Made by a program: the position numbers and the translations under genes
NCBI RefSeq assembly: GCF_004010195.1
Contig: NC_057720.1
Location: 7,491,117 to 7,555,116 of the forward strand
Direction of reading: 5' to 3'
Source: Chiloscyllium plagiosum
Taxonomy: Eukaryota
Length of the DNA stretch: 64,000 nucleotides
Notes under the pieces: model-generated
The model's database searches: none
Seen by the model: only the letters and a program-made list of their open reading frames with translations
What the model was told of the DNA's origin: nothing
Part shown: piece by piece, positions 1 to 12,794 of the stretch
Numbering within the stretch: the first letter of the stretch is position 1
How the letters are laid out: each line of letters starts with the position of its first letter

Positions 1-266
1 TTCCGGAACCATGAGGTTATGCTCCAGCTGTACAAAACTCTGGTGCGGCCGCACTTGGAGTATTGTGTACAGTTCTGGTCACCGCATTATAAGNNNNNNN
101 NNNNNNNNNNNNNNNNNNNNNNNNNNNNNNNNNNNNNNNNNNNNNNNNNNNNNNNNNNNNNNTACATGGAATAGTGTAGGTTAGATGGGCTTAAGACTGG
201 TATGACTGGTCGGCGCAACATCGAGGGCTGAAGGACTGTACTGCACTGTAATGTTCTATGTTCTAT
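1..266 (+). mobile_element. CR1/HER1-type LINE 3' fragment, interrupted by an assembly gap
   Basis: 1-93 encodes ...[26 protein letters not shown] (CR1 ORF2 motif). After the gap comes the 3' UTR ending in (TTCTATG)n-like repeats, the same tail as 46830-47230. Confidence 0.85.
94..162. other. Assembly gap (69 N)
   Basis: Run of N in the sequence. Confidence 0.99.
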
Positions 267-734
267 AATCCTGGTAACATTCTGGTAAATCTCTTCTGAA
301 TCCTCACCAGCTTAGTATTATCCAGAGATCTCAGAAGGTGACACAGAAGTGACAATTTTGGACAGAGGTACGTGTAAACTATTCCAGATTAGATGGATAG
401 GGATTCAAAGAGTCCTACAGCACAGAGACAAGCCCTGTAGTCCAACCAAAATGCCAACCAAAATGTCCATCCACACTAACCCCACTTCCATGCACTTGGC
501 CCATATCCTTCTAAACCTTCCTATCCATGTATTTGTCCAAATGCCTTTTAAATGTTGTCTTGACTCTTTGAATTGTCTCATTATAACATATTTGTGCTGT
601 CAACCAATTTCTTGGCCATGTTGGTGTGGGTGGGAAAGGTGGAACTGTACTGTCTGTGCTGCAAGGATGATTTCATAACTCACCTCTCTCGGTCAACGTG
701 CCAGAGAGGAAATTCTAGGCTGGCAGTCCCAGAG

Positions 735-1080
735 CTGTGGGAGTGCTGCACTGTCAGAGACGCTGTCTTTTCAATGAGCTGATGAACTAAGGTCCATTCT
801 GACCTCTCTGGTGGACATCAAAGAACCTACTTCAAACAGAACTCATGGAAGTTCTCCCCATTATCCTGGGCCAACGTTTGCTTTCCACAACCAACTGAGA
901 TGAAAAAAACACATTATTTGGCTATTATCACAGTACTGTTTGTGCAGCATTGCAAATTAACTACACTGTAGTTACATCAATACATTGATTACACTTTGAG
1001 GGAGTGTTTTATTGGTTGTAAAACAGGTCGGACATCCTGTGGTTATGAACTACATTAAACAATTGCAAGATTCTTCTGTT
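735..1080 (+). mobile_element. DeuSINE (SacSINE1/AmnSINE-like) degenerate copy
   Basis: gggagtgctgcactgtcagag...ctctctggtggacatcaaaga...attatttggctattatcacagtactgtttgtg...attggttgtaaaac. Matches the recalled Deu-domain and tail pattern and the other copies in this window. Confidence 0.6.
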
Positions 1081-1094
1081 CCTGCAGTGTCTAT

Positions 1095-1445
1095 GTTGAG
1101 TCAGATGGTAACACAGCAGCCCAGGTTCAAAGTCCCCTTGAGCACAAACGTCATGGTCTGATACCCCAGTGCAATGATGAGGGAGTGCTGCACTAACAGA
1201 GGTGCCCTTATTTGGATCAAATGTCACACTGAACTCTTTGCCACCTCAACTGGATGTAAAACATCCCACTGTTTCAAAAAACAGTGAGCAGAAGATCTAC
1301 TACACCCTTGCCAATGTATTTACCCCTCAACCACAAGAAAAAAGCAGATTACCTCATTATGACCATGCTGCTGTTTGTTGGAGTTTCCTGTGAACAAATT
1401 GGTTTCTTTCCAACAATCCAACAGTGATGGTACCTCAAAAGTGAC
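1095..1445 (+). mobile_element. DeuSINE (SacSINE1-like) degenerate copy
   Basis: B-box-like ggttcaaagtcc, then gagggagtgctgcact..., tggatgtaaaacatccca, tttacccctcaacc, tgctgtttgttggag...aaattgg. Confidence 0.6.
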
Positions 1446-1456
1446 AACAGTGACCA

Positions 1457-1720
1457 TAGAACGTAGAACATAGAACTGTACAACGCAGGAGCCAGCCCTC
1501 TGGCCCACAATGTGCTGAACCTGACACCAAATTAAACAAATCCTTTCTGCCTGCCATATTCCTTCATTCCTTGCATTTTCATGTGCTTATCTAAAGCCCC
1601 TTAAACGCCCCTATCATATCTGCCTCCACCACCACTACCCTGGCAATGCGTCCAGACCCTCTGTGGAAAAAACTTGCCCCTCACATCTTCTTTGAACATC
1701 CCCTCCCTCACCTGAAATGG
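1457..1720 (-). mobile_element. CR1 LINE 3' end
   Basis: (AGAACAT)-type tail. The minus strand encodes FKEDVRGKFFPQRV. Confidence 0.8.
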
Positions 1721-1849
1721 ATATAAAGCACCAGAAGTTGTGAAGGTGATACCTGAGTGCAAATCTTTTATTTCTCTTTTATTTTGCTTTATTCTGACAA
1801 AATTCCCAACTTGGAGCATGCACTTGGCAATGCCACCCAACCTTTATTG

Positions 1850-2466
1850 CACAGGTGTACAGGGTGGTCAAGAAAGCATATGGCATGCTTGCCTTCATTG
1901 GTCAGGACATAGAGTATAAACATTGGCAAGTCGTGTTCCAGCTGTACAGAACTTTTGTGAGGCCACATTTGGAATACTGTGTACTGTCGCCACGCTCCCA
2001 GAAGGATGTGGAGGCTTTGGAGAGGGCACAGAAACAGTTTACCAGGATGTTACCTGGTTTGGAGAGTATTAACTATGAGGAGTGATGAGACAAACTTGAT
2101 TTGTTTCCACTCGAAGGATGAGGGGACGTCCCGATAGAAGGTAACAAAATTAAGGAAGGCACGGATAAAATGGATGGTCTTTTTCCCAGGGTAGAAATGT
2201 CAATTACCAGGGAACATAGGTTTAAGGTAAAAGGGGGTATGTTTAAAGGAGATGTGAGAGGCAATCATTTTACACAGAGGGTGGAAAGTGCCCAGAACCT
2301 GCTGCCAGAGGAAGTGGTGGAGTTGGATTGAATAGCAACATTTAAGAGGCATCTTAACAGATATATGAATAGGCAGGAAATAAAGGGATTCATGTATGGG
2401 TAAAAGGATTTTAGTTTCAAAAGCCATGGTGGGCAGAAGGGGCTATTTCTGGGGTGTACTGTTCTT
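1850..2466 (+). mobile_element. CR1 LINE ORF2 3' fragment (decayed)
   Basis: ORF 1855-2085 reads KKAYGMLAFIGQDIEYK...[13 protein letters not shown]...RMLPGL, and continues through stops to FTQRV and the 3' UTR. Confidence 0.9.
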
Positions 2467-3019
2467 TGAATAAAAGCCAACACAGGAAACTTTGACAGCA
2501 ACATAACAGGGCTCTGGGGTGTCCTGCACTCAGATACATTTCTGTAATGAGACAATGTAGATAATTAAAAAGAAGGTCACATCATATCTTTATCCACAAG
2601 GTGACCTTATAATTTGTGACTGAGTATATTGCAAGTAACAGTCATCATGCCTGAGAAATTGCTCAGTGGTTTCCGGTGTTAAGCCAAGGCCACTTCTTGC
2701 CATTTCAAGTGGCTATTATAGATCTCCTAAGCTGGCTGAAAATGAAGCTGTAAAACCAAGATAAATGATGAAAGGCCATTGGAACTGAAATGTTTCTCTA
2801 TCCACAGATGTTGCTAGATCTGCTGAGTTTCTCCAGCGCTTTCTGTTTGTGTTTGGGACACATTAGTCATTCAGCTCATTTTTGCAGGTAGGGTTCAAAC
2901 TTGAAGGCACAGTCTATAAAGTCGGGGTCTCCCAGTTAGAACTGAGGTGAGGGTCTCTCAGAGGGCTGTGAGTCCTCATGAACTCTCCATCCCAGAGAAT
3001 GGCACAGGCAGGATTATTG

Positions 3020-3310
3020 ATTAGATTCCCTACAGTGTGGAAACAGGCCCTTCGGCCCAACCAATCCACACCAACCCTCCGAAGAGTAACCCACCCAGAC
3101 CTATTTCCCTCTGACTAATGCACCTAACACTACGGGCAATTTAGCATGGCCAATTCACCTGACCTGCACATCTTTGGATCGTAACAAACCCACGCAGACA
3201 CGGGGAGAATGTGCAAACTTTACACAGACAGTCACCCAAGGCTGGAATTGAACCTGGGACCCTGGTGCTGTGAGGCTGCAGGGCTAACCATTGAGCCAAC
3301 ATGCCGCCCA
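3020..3310 (-). mobile_element. HE1-type V-SINE
   Basis: Reverse complement of the tRNA head (ggctcaatggttagc...ggttcaattcc), the V-domain (gtttgcacattctccccgtgtctgcgtgggtt) and the CR1-shared tail (ggccgaagggcctgtttccacactgta). Confidence 0.85.
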
Positions 3311-3486
3311 ATATTGAATATTTTTAAAACAGAGAGGTCGAGAGATTCTTGCCTAACAAGAAAGTCAATGATTACTGGGGAGAGGGTGTAGATGGGAATT
3401 TAGAATTGAGGCCACGATCAGATCAGCCATGTTTTCATTGAATAATGCAGCTGTGTAGACGGGCTGAATGGCCTATTCCTGGTGAA

Positions 3487-3688
3487 TCAAAAAGTGTGGT
3501 GCTGGAAATGCACAGCTGGTCAGCTAGCATCTGAGAAGCAGGAGACTCGGTGTTTCGAGCAAAAGCTCTTCATCAGGAAGCACTTCTGCTCGAAACATCA
3601 ACTCTCCTGCTCCTCCTGACCTGCTGTGCTTTTCCAGCACCACACTTTTTGACTCTGAACTCCAGCATCTGCAGCCCTCACTTCCTCC
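3487..3688. mobile_element. Penelope-derived fold-back terminus, family A
   Basis: Imperfect inverted repeat aagtgtggtgctggaaa...tttccagcaccacactt; same sequence as the PLE terminus at 37617-37745. Confidence 0.75.
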
Positions 3689-4019
3689 TATTGCTGTTGA
3701 ATTCCCATCTCTGAAAATGGCTGATGTGTTGCCCCACAACAGCAGCAGTAATTGCCTCCCTGCACATGGAAGGAGAGTTTTGCACCAAGTGGAATTGTCA
3801 AAACCAGCAGAAAAGCTCGTGGAAATTTAAGCACAGGGCAACTATACCCAAACCACTTGGCTTACCTGGCTTCTACAGATGTCTGTACTGGCTCTAGAGT
3901 GAGTTTCCCCAGAGCAGCTCAATCCATCAAAGACAGAAGTCAAGCTTCCACTGATCCTGATAAACTGTTTTTTCAAATTATGTTCATTTTTTGCTTTTCA
4001 TATGAGATCATAAGATAAC

Positions 4020-4280
4020 GATGTGGCTGGTTTGCATTTTCCATCACTATTTACCCTTGAGATGGCGGTGGTGAGCTACCTTCTTGAACTACTACAGTCT
4101 GCTGGGTGCAGGGACACCCACAGTACTGCAGTGAGGGATTTTGACTCAGTGACAGTGAAAGATTGCCAACATATATCCAAGTCAGGATGGTGTGTGGCAA
4201 AGAGAGAAATTTGTGGACTGTGGTGTTCCTATGTACACTCTGCTCTAGTTGGTAGAGGTCACTGGTTTGGAAGGCACTGT
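4020..4280 (-). mobile_element. Old LINE 3' fragment (CR1/L2-like) sharing its tail with SINE family D
   Basis: Homologous to 11090-11480 (+), 26545-26670 and 29680-29820 (ggtggtgagctaccttcttgaac...gacacccacagt...ccaagtcaggatgg). Confidence 0.55.
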
Positions 4281-7181
4281 CTGGAGTCCCAGAGGCACAC
4301 AGCCACTTGTTCTTATATTTGAAAATGCTTTTTACAACAGAAAGTACTTAGTTTTCTCAAAACACTGACTCGTACATAACAATGAAACCATTAAATAGTT
4401 CAGTTCAGTTACATGGGAGTCATTTTAAATATTTTTATGTCAAGCTATTCATAAATGAATGACTGAAAAACATTACTAGAAGTGTTTTATTTTAAGTGAT
4501 TGCCTCATTTTTAGCTCCATGAATAAAGATGCACCACGTTATCATTAATAAAGGTAAGGTCACCGTAGTTTTACTACAGCTTTTTTATGGAAACTTAACC
4601 TGAGAGTCACAATACCTCAGATGAGGGTAGAGGCTGTGAAAGAGTAGTAACATCAGCAGGAACTGAACTCATGTTGTTAGCATCACAAACCAACTGTCTG
4701 GTCAATTGAGTTAAAATAACCCACCATCACTAACAAACATGTCAAGAAATATTTTGAATCAACCTGTTCACAGATGTTACAACACACCTCCAGAGCAGGT
4801 AGGATTTGAACCCAGGCCTCCGAGTACAGACATAGTGACATTACCACTGTGCCACACTTCTCATTAGGGACACACTATACAATGGGCAGAAAAGGAACCA
4901 TTATGTTTTATGACACTGTCCCAAAGAGGAACTTCCTGCCTTAATGATACAAATGAGTTTTGATGGTAACTTGAACCGCAGTCTCATCAGTCAATTTCAA
5001 GTGCAGAGTGGAAGCCTTCGGTCAAAGAGAGAATCACAGAAAATGATGGATTGCATGCTCCAATAATGAATTGGTATATATGCCCACAATCCTGTGATCC
5101 AGAGATGAGAATTCTGCCAATTGATCCTGACACTTTTTAACTTGTAAAGATCATCATCATCCTTATTACTGGGCCCCCTTCCTGTTCAAATGTGCACGCT
5201 TTCGTCCCTGTTATAAATTCAAGACATTCCAGGGACAATTCATTATGTGTTAGCCTGCAATTGGGCTGCACTTAACTGGATAAACTGAATGCATGTGCAA
5301 GAGTCACTACGTCATGCTGCAAAATCACAATTAGATCATTGACCAGCCTCAGGCCCTGAAGGGTTTACACCACCGCATTGCCAGCAGAACAGCTGCTTCC
5401 AGGCAAGGGATGGATTTACATTGGCTTCAAGCCAGTATCCCAGGATTACAAGGGTTTATTCTACAAGTTTAACCCTAATACAGTTGACATATCCCTCTCA
5501 GAAAGGTTAGAATGCAGCTCTGACAGTGGCCTCATTGGTAAACTTGTGCAGTGCAAGCTGAGAGGGTTCCAGGTTTGATGGACACTGGGAAGTGAGTTAA
5601 AAGATGCTAATAGTCACCTCTATGTGTCAGGGTGGGGCAAGTTTTCAGACATAAAGAAAACAATCTGTTTCCCTAATCAACCTGCTCAGGAATGTTATTT
5701 CTGGAGCAGGTGGGATTTGAAATCAGACCCCTTGGTTCAAAGGTAGAGGCATTGCCACTTTGCTAGAAGACCCTTCCTACTTACCAGCTTTCCAATTTAT
5801 TTTCTAAAATATGTTATCACACGTCTCTGAGCCAGATGGACCTTGAACCCAAGACACCACTAAAGCCCCTATTTAGAAACATCATCATTTCCCTGCTCTG
5901 GATGTTTGATGGGACTCAAGCCTAGACCCCTGAACATTACCTGGATTTAATAGTCTAAGTGACAGTACCACAAGGTCATCACCTCCCTGGTCACATTTTC
6001 CCACTCCAGGTGCTAACCAGCAACTGCAAAGAATTAATTCAGCATGGGACAAGTGAGTAAATAAAACCAAGAACTGTGACATAGGAGATCTGAAACAAAA
6101 ACAGAAATTGCTGGAGAAACTCAGGAAGCCCTGTGGCAACTGTGGGGAGAAATCAGAGTTAACCTTCCAAGTCTGACGATCCTCGGATAACTGAGTTTCA
6201 ACTGAAGCATTCAAGAGGGACACTGGAAGACTAAATGGATAGAAATGGTGTACAGGGAAATGGGGGGAAAGGCAGGCGATTGGCATTGGGTAACAGAGTT
6301 GGTGCAGGAACCATAGGCCGAATGGCCTCCTTCTGCATCTGTGATTCTGTGGGAATGGAAACAAACTCGCTATGAGGTCAGGCCCCAATGCAATGACACA
6401 TCTAATTATTTATTGGAATACAACAGGTCCAAACAATGCAAAATGATTAACCATTAACATTGCAGCCTATAGCACACATTCCAAGCAAAGTTTCAAGCAA
6501 AATAAGAACATACAGTACTGTGAGAAACACAGGAGCTGTGGGAGTGTCTGGAGACAGAAACCTTCAGATCGGATATGACTCTTATGTCAGAGCTGAAGAG
6601 AGAAGTGGGAAAGTAATTGGTTTTATATTGTGAAAAATATGTAGGTAGAAGCAAGTAGAACAGAAGGGAAGGCCTAAAGAATCTATATGGGTTCAGTTAG
6701 AGTTGGATACAGTTGCTGAAGAAGGAGAGGCTGAGAGAGATAGGTTCTTGATCAGCTGGGTTTGGGGGAAAGGGCATCAAATGTCAGGTCAGCCATGATC
6801 TTATTCAATGGCAGAGCAAGCTCGAGGGGCCAAACAGCCTGATCTTGCTCCTATTTCTGCTGGTATTTACGATGTGGCTGCATAAAGTGAGTTTTGGTAA
6901 ACAGCTCATAGAATACCAGAAGACAAAAGGAGAACAACATAAGAACTGGGAGCAGGAGTAGGCCACCTGGCCCCTCGAGCCTGCTCTGCCATTCATGGCT
7001 GATCTTTTTGTGGACTCAGCTCCAACAATGAAGGTACACAAGATGGAAAAACTAACAGACATCCTATCAGAAGGAAGAGTTGAATGTTAACCTCATTTCT
7101 TTCACCTTTGATGCATCAGACCTGCTGAGTTTCACCAGCGTTCTGTATCTCAACACCATATTCCCGTTTTCTCTTAATATC

Positions 7182-7488
7182 CGGCACGGTGGCACAGTGG
7201 TTAGCACTGCTGCCTCACAGCGCCAGAGACCTGGGTTCAATTCCTGCCTCGGGCAACTGTCTGCGTGGAGTTTTCACATTCTCCCCGTGTTTGCATGGGT
7301 TTTCTCTGGGTGCTCCGGTTTCCTCCCACATTCCAAAAATGTGCAGGTTAGGTGAGTTGGCCATGTTAAATTGCCTGTAGTGTTAGGTGTAAATGTAAGG
7401 GAATGGGTCTGGGTGGGTTGCTCTTCGGAGGGTCGGTGTGGACTTGTTGGGCCGAAGGGCCTGTTTCCACACTGTAAATAATCTAATC
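7182..7488 (+). mobile_element. HE1-type V-SINE, full length
   Basis: Contains ggcacggtggcacagtggttagcactgctgcctcacagcgccagagacctgggttcaattcc (A/B boxes), the V-domain, and the tail ...ttccacactgtaaataatctaatc. Confidence 0.92.
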
Positions 7489-7489
7489 C

Positions 7490-7800
7490 CTGAGGCCTTT
7501 AATAGCTAAAAGTTTATCAATCTCTTTCTTGAATATCCTCAGTGACCCAGGCTCCACAGCTCTGTGGGAGAGAATTCCACAGGTTAACCAGCCTGTGAGT
7601 GATGAAATGTTTCCTCATCTCAGACCTACCCTGAGACGAGTGGTCTACTCTGTACCTTGAGATTGTGACTCCTGGTTCTAAACTCTCTGACCAAGGGAAA
7701 CGCCCTCCATGCTTTAGTTTGTCTAACTCTGTTAGAAATTTCGATGTTCCAATCATACCCCCTCTGCTGACTCTTCGAAACTCTCGTGAAATCCAAATGA
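7490..7800 (-). mobile_element. CR1 LINE fragment
   Basis: The minus strand encodes RSEMRKHFITHRLVNLWNSLPQ. Confidence 0.8.
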
Positions 7801-8149
7801 ATCAAGCTCTCCTCAAACAACAGTGCTACAATGCCCAGTATCTACCCACTGAACCTTTGCTGTACTCCCTCTGTAGCTGCAGGTGTACGCTTTCTAAGGT
7901 AAGGAGACCAAAAATAGTAAGAGATCCTTACTTCTGAACTCAAATCCTCACAGAGAGCTGAAACAGATTTAGCAGGTCAAATGGCGTCCTTCTGTGCCTT
8001 AATGATTATTAATTTGTGTTGGTACGTTTCACCTGTGTGCAGGAGTGGATAGGACCTCAGACATGAAGACTTGCTTTGTGAGCGAAGCACTGCATTATCA
8101 TAACCATGCCTTTGAGTGAGTCAACATCCCCAGCCACTGGTTTCTTATA

Positions 8150-9030
8150 ATTTGTTCATGAGATGCGGGCATCACTAGATTAGCCAGCAGTTAATACCCA
8201 TCTCTAATTCCTCAGAGGGCAGCTAAGAGTCAACCAATTTGCCGTGGGTATAGAGTTATATGTAGGAGAAAATGAGGTTTACAGATACTGGAGATCAGAG
8301 TTGAAGAGTGTAGTGCTGGAAAAGCACAGCAGGTCAGGCAGCATCCAAGGGGCAGGAGAATCAACATTTCGGGCATAAGCCTCATTCCCGATGAAGGGCT
8401 TATGTCTAAAACGTTGATTCTCCTGCTCCTCGGATACTGCCTGACACGCTGTGCTTTCCCAGCAACACTCTCTCGACTAGAGTCATATGTAGGCCAGACT
8501 AGGTGAGGATGGCAGGTTTCCTTCCCTAAAGAGCATCATCATAGAATCCCTGCAGTGTGGAAGCAGGCCATTCAGCCCATTGAGACTACACCGGCCCTCT
8601 GAAGAGCATCCCATCTAGACCCACCCCCTACCCTGCATTTCCCACAGCTAACTGACCTAGCCTGCACATCATAGGGCAAATTAGCTTGGTCAATCCCTCT
8701 GTGGACTCCTTTGGACTGTGGGAAGAAACCAGAGCACCCAGAGGAAACCTATGCAGACACGGGGAGAATGTACAAACTCTACACAGACAGTCACCCGAGG
8801 GTGGACTTGAACCCAGGTCCCTAACATTGCTAACCATTGAGCCACTGTGCCACTCCATTGGTGAACCTGATGGGATTTTCCTGACAATCAGTAATGATCG
8901 TGTGGTCATCATCATTTGACTCTTAATCTAAATTTTTATTGGATTCAAATTCGATCATGGCGTGATTCGATCCCCTGACCTCAGAACATTTCCTGGCTGT
9001 CTGATACAATACCTCCAGACCATCACCTAT
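8150..9030 (-). mobile_element. Nested cluster: tRNA-derived SINE family D, interrupted by a PLE family A fold-back (~8268-8478) and an HE1 SINE (~8540-8852)
   Basis: SINE D pieces match 30740-31092. The PLE piece is flanked by the direct repeat agagt(t/c)atatgtagg. HE1 V-domain on the minus strand. Confidence 0.75.
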
Positions 9031-10591
9031 CCCCACAATAGAGTGGTGAGAGAGCAGTGAGGAAATAGTCAGGGTGTGGGGGCGACTGGGAGGTTTCACA
9101 TATGATTGGCAAAGATAGCAAAGAGTAGACAACATCCACTAAAAGAAGAATATATCTGTAATTGGGTAAACAATGTGACTGAAGGTTGTAAAGGTTTAAT
9201 CTTCTTTGGGTGTAGCTCCTGACTTTAACTGACAATGACATCCTCCCTGTTTCTGGGGTACATTCAGTTGAATAAAGTGCTCCACTATGCATTCTTCAGG
9301 TACCCATCTCTAAGTATGTGACCTCAAATACCGACCTTTATTTGAAAATAAGTGTCACACCTGCCATATCAAAGTATCGCACTAAATCTTATCTGAGGAA
9401 TGATATTTCAAAGCTCTTGGTTTTATTATTGTTCAGCAATAAATGACTAATAAACATCAATATGCTCTTTAATAAACTAAGAATTTTCAAGCAGGAAAGC
9501 AGCACTGTCCTCAGATGGGTGAAGCCAACACTCTGAAAATTTCCAATCATTACTTTACAAATATGATAGAGCAAATGTAAGCTGTTTCCCCTTAGTTACC
9601 TGTTGCAACTGCTTTGTGGTGATGCCACAATATTAATCATTCTAATGGTTACTGGGCTGCTTCACTGATCTCACTGAAATGCTAGCATGGAGAATCAAGA
9701 CAGGTAAGCAAGCACTGCTGTTTGCTGTATAATAAATTACCTCACACAACCAAAAAAAAACTACAATACAGCATCTAAAAAGGCTGAAAGAGCCCAATTT
9801 CAAATCCATTCAAGTGTTGTCACGAGAAATTCAGCAAAATGAAATGGAGATTCCTGAACTATTCAGGCTTTATGCAATTCAACTGTGTAAAGCAAGCAGC
9901 AATACTTTTTTCTGGATTGGTGCATGGGTGGGTCACAGATCAATCAACACAAGGAGTCAGACTACTGGGTGGTCATTTGAATAGAAGGGAAGGCTTGATT
10001 TGAGACAGTGACTTTCACAACCTCAAGACGCTTTACAATGAAGTGTTTTTCAAGTGCAGTCACTGAGCAGATGCAGGAAACACAGCAGCAGAGCAAGCTC
10101 TGACATACAGCAAGCCCAGATGGTGTTCCTTATGAAGCAAGTCTGGTTGAGGGTCAAGTGATGATAAGAGATTGGAGAAAACTCCCTGTTGTCTCAAAAG
10201 AACTTTTAGGTCTAACCGATGAGTTGGGCGACTGGTGATAAGAAAGATGACATGTCCAGCAGTGCAGGACTCCTTCAGGTAGACACTGCTGGACGACTGT
10301 GCCTGGTCACCGAAACAAAAGTTCAGTATCGATGACTTATTGTAAATGGGTCTAAAAGGGTTAATACTGAGGAGTACCTCAAGAACCAGCCATGATAAAG
10401 AAGGAGATTTGAGCAGAACTGCTTAGGATCTCAAAAGATTGAGACCCAACAAATGGTTCCTCTGTCATGATGTCCACTATAGCCTAACTTGCAATGAATT
10501 GCTGATATCAAACAAGATATATTGCGTTCAATACAAGAGGGTCAACTCAGCAGACCAGGAAGTGGAGCTTCTCTACAAACACTAAACCAAG

Positions 10592-10665
10592 CACCCTACA
10601 CAGGGACTTGAACCCTGGACCCTCAGATTAAAAGCCTAATGCACTACCTGCTGAGCTACCCAGAG
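10592..10665 (-). pseudogene. tRNA-Lys(UUU) pseudogene or tRNA-derived copy
   Basis: The reverse complement, CTCTGGGTAGCTCAGCAGGTAGTGCATTAGGCTTTTAATCTGAGGGTCCAGGGTTCAAGTCCCTGTGTAGGGTG, matches vertebrate tRNA-Lys-TTT exactly from the anticodon loop through the T-arm. The acceptor stem is broken. Confidence 0.8.
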
Positions 10666-10872
10666 GTTTAGTTTACTGGATGGCTGGTCTGTGATACAAA
10701 GTGATGCCAGCAGCATGAGTTCAATTCCTGCACTCTCTGAGGTTACCATGGAGTATACCCTCCCCTCGCCTGAAGTGTGGTGACCCTCAGGTTAGACCCA
10801 CACCAGTTCTCCCTCCCTCTAATGAGAAAGCAGTGCTATAGTCTGATAAGACTACAGCAACTTTACCTTTTA
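10666..10872 (+). mobile_element. tRNA-derived SINE family E
   Basis: B-box gagttcaattcc, then gaggttaccatg...cccctcgcctga...gtgaccctcaggtta...aagactacagcaactttacc. Reverse copies at ~4550-4720, 25585-25705 and 38035-38210. Confidence 0.65.
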
Positions 10873-11089
10873 GACTAAGTAAGCCATGTGTATCTTTGAC
10901 TTACAGATAATGGTGGGAACGAACCCACCCCATAGTGGGACGGAGACTCAGCTTAGAGTCAAAAAGTGTGGCACTGGAGACTCAGTTTAGCGGCACATCA
11001 AAGCTGATTTTTCCTACTTCCTTCTCTTTCAGTCTCAGTGATTTTCTATTTGGTTTGGAGGAGATTGCACTCTGTCATTGACAGAGACA

Positions 11090-11480
11090 TACATTTCCAA
11101 ATGTTCCTTCATTGTCGCTGTGTTAAAATCCCTGCAACTCCTAACCTAACAGCAGTGTGGAAGGTTCAAGAATCTGGCTCCCTGCCACTTTCTTGACAGC
11201 ACTTTCCAAACCCACGACCTCTGCCACCTAGAAAGACAAAGACAGCAGATACACGAGAATATCCCCACCAGCAAGTTCACCTTCAAGCTGCTCACCATCC
11301 TGACTTGGAACGGTATCGCTGTCCCTTTACTGTCATTGAATCAACATTCCGGAGCTCCCTTCCTAACAGAATTGTGAATGCACCTTCACCTCAAAGACTG
11401 CACCATTCAAAAAGGCCACTTTCTCCAGGGCAACTGGGGATGAGCAGTAACTAGCCAGTGACACACACACCCCATGAAAG
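11090..11480 (+). mobile_element. Old LINE 3' fragment (CR1/L2-like)
   Basis: Decayed C-terminal ORF (..PFTVIES..SLPNRIV..P) and 3' tail ggggcaac..gggatgagcagtaa..gccagtgac..ccccatgaa, which is shared with SINE D. Confidence 0.55.
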
Positions 11481-12629
11481 TATTAAAACCAGCTGTGCTC
11501 CACATCTAGGGAATGAGTCTTTAAAAACTAAGAGGGTTAAGGGGAGATTTAGTAGAGCTTTGAAATTATGAGCAACATCGTTTGTTGGGTCAATAAGTTC
11601 AGTAATTAAAGTTAGTAGGTTAAATAGGTTTCCAATAGCAAAGAACACAGATTTGATTGATTTGATTTGATTTATTATCACATATGAAGTACAGGAGTAC
11701 AGTGAAATGTTGCCACATACAGAGCCACCTTAGGTATGAGGGTACCTAGGTACAATACTTAGGTAGACGTCATAACATAGAGAAACAAAGTTAAAAATAA
11801 AGCATCACTATTGTTCTTTGTATAGGTAGAAAAATAAAGTTAAAAGTTAACATTACTGTCCTTCCTAGTATTATGTAAGAAAATAAATAAATAAAGGAAT
11901 GTAAAGTCATTGATAAACCTCAAGGACAGAAGAGGTTTTGATTTTATTCACCAGGTTACAATGATCTGGAATGAATCGACTGAAAGGGAGCGTGAAGCAG
12001 ATTCAGTCATAACATGCAAAAGAAAATTGGCTAGAAACATGAAAATTTGGAGGGCCATAGGGTGGAACGAGTAGCATCATTTTATTAGTACAACTGAGAT
12101 GGGCTGAGTGACCTCCTCCTGCGCTTTGTCTTCACAAGATCAAAACCTAACACAAAATTAACGGCACGAAGAAAACATTTCGGAAAGCTTTCACGCTAAA
12201 GTCAACTCCGCATCAACTCGATCGAGGGTAGGCTGGCCATCCATTCTATGGCATGAACCAGCATTGTGTGTGCTGACAGCCCCCGCTGTTCAATGTGTGG
12301 ACTCCTCAGATTGTCTAACAGCAGCAGGTAGCAGCTGCCGTGCAACCAAACTCTGTCTGGAGTGTGGAGTCCTAAACATAATAATCACTGGAAAAAAATT
12401 AACTTCAAAAATCAATAACTATTTGCTCAGCAGTTTGGAAACAAATTGAGATAAGACAGCAATGGTTTGCACAAAGAATCCAGGTCAGATTTCTTAACCC
12501 ATTTGGTGCTTAAGACTCCCAACACTAAACTGGGAAGAGAGAGAGGCCATTTGGCCCTCTTAGCCCTGTCCTGCTGTTGTTCCATTCAACCAGACTTCAA
12601 CAAGCCTCGAGTTGACAACGTTTTCTGAC

Positions 12630-12730
12630 ACAAAAACTGAGTTTTCTGGAAAAACTCAGCAGGTCTGGCAGCATTTCTGGAGGGAAAGCAGCGTTTACGT
12701 TTCGGATCCAGTGACCCTGCTTCAATACTT
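12630..12730. mobile_element. Penelope-derived terminus, family C
   Basis: ctggaaaaactcagcaggtctggcagcat...acgtttcggatccagtgaccc is the same terminus that heads the PLE body at 43770. Other copies at ~2780-2855, 6075-6190, 7100-7150, 25870-25930 and 30235-30300. Confidence 0.65.
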
Positions 12731-12794
12731 TCTGAAGTTGCCATGACGACATGAAGTTCTCGATCTCCTTCAATTATTTTGAAAATCACAATTG

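Noticed and set aside
1027..1107. Apparent + strand exon VGHPVVMNYIKQLQDSSVPAVSMLSQM (ag|...|gtaaca)
   Set aside because: It overlaps the 3' tail of one DeuSINE and the head of the next, so the splice-like sites are probably fortuitous.
9686..9703. Plus-strand CAG|gtaagc donor after ATG GAG AAT CAA GAC
   Set aside because: Isolated donor with no promoter features, convincing acceptor or partner exon.
10592..10665. Functional tRNA-Lys gene
   Set aside because: The acceptor stem cannot pair, the D-stem is mutated and no oligo-T terminator follows. Recorded as a pseudogene.
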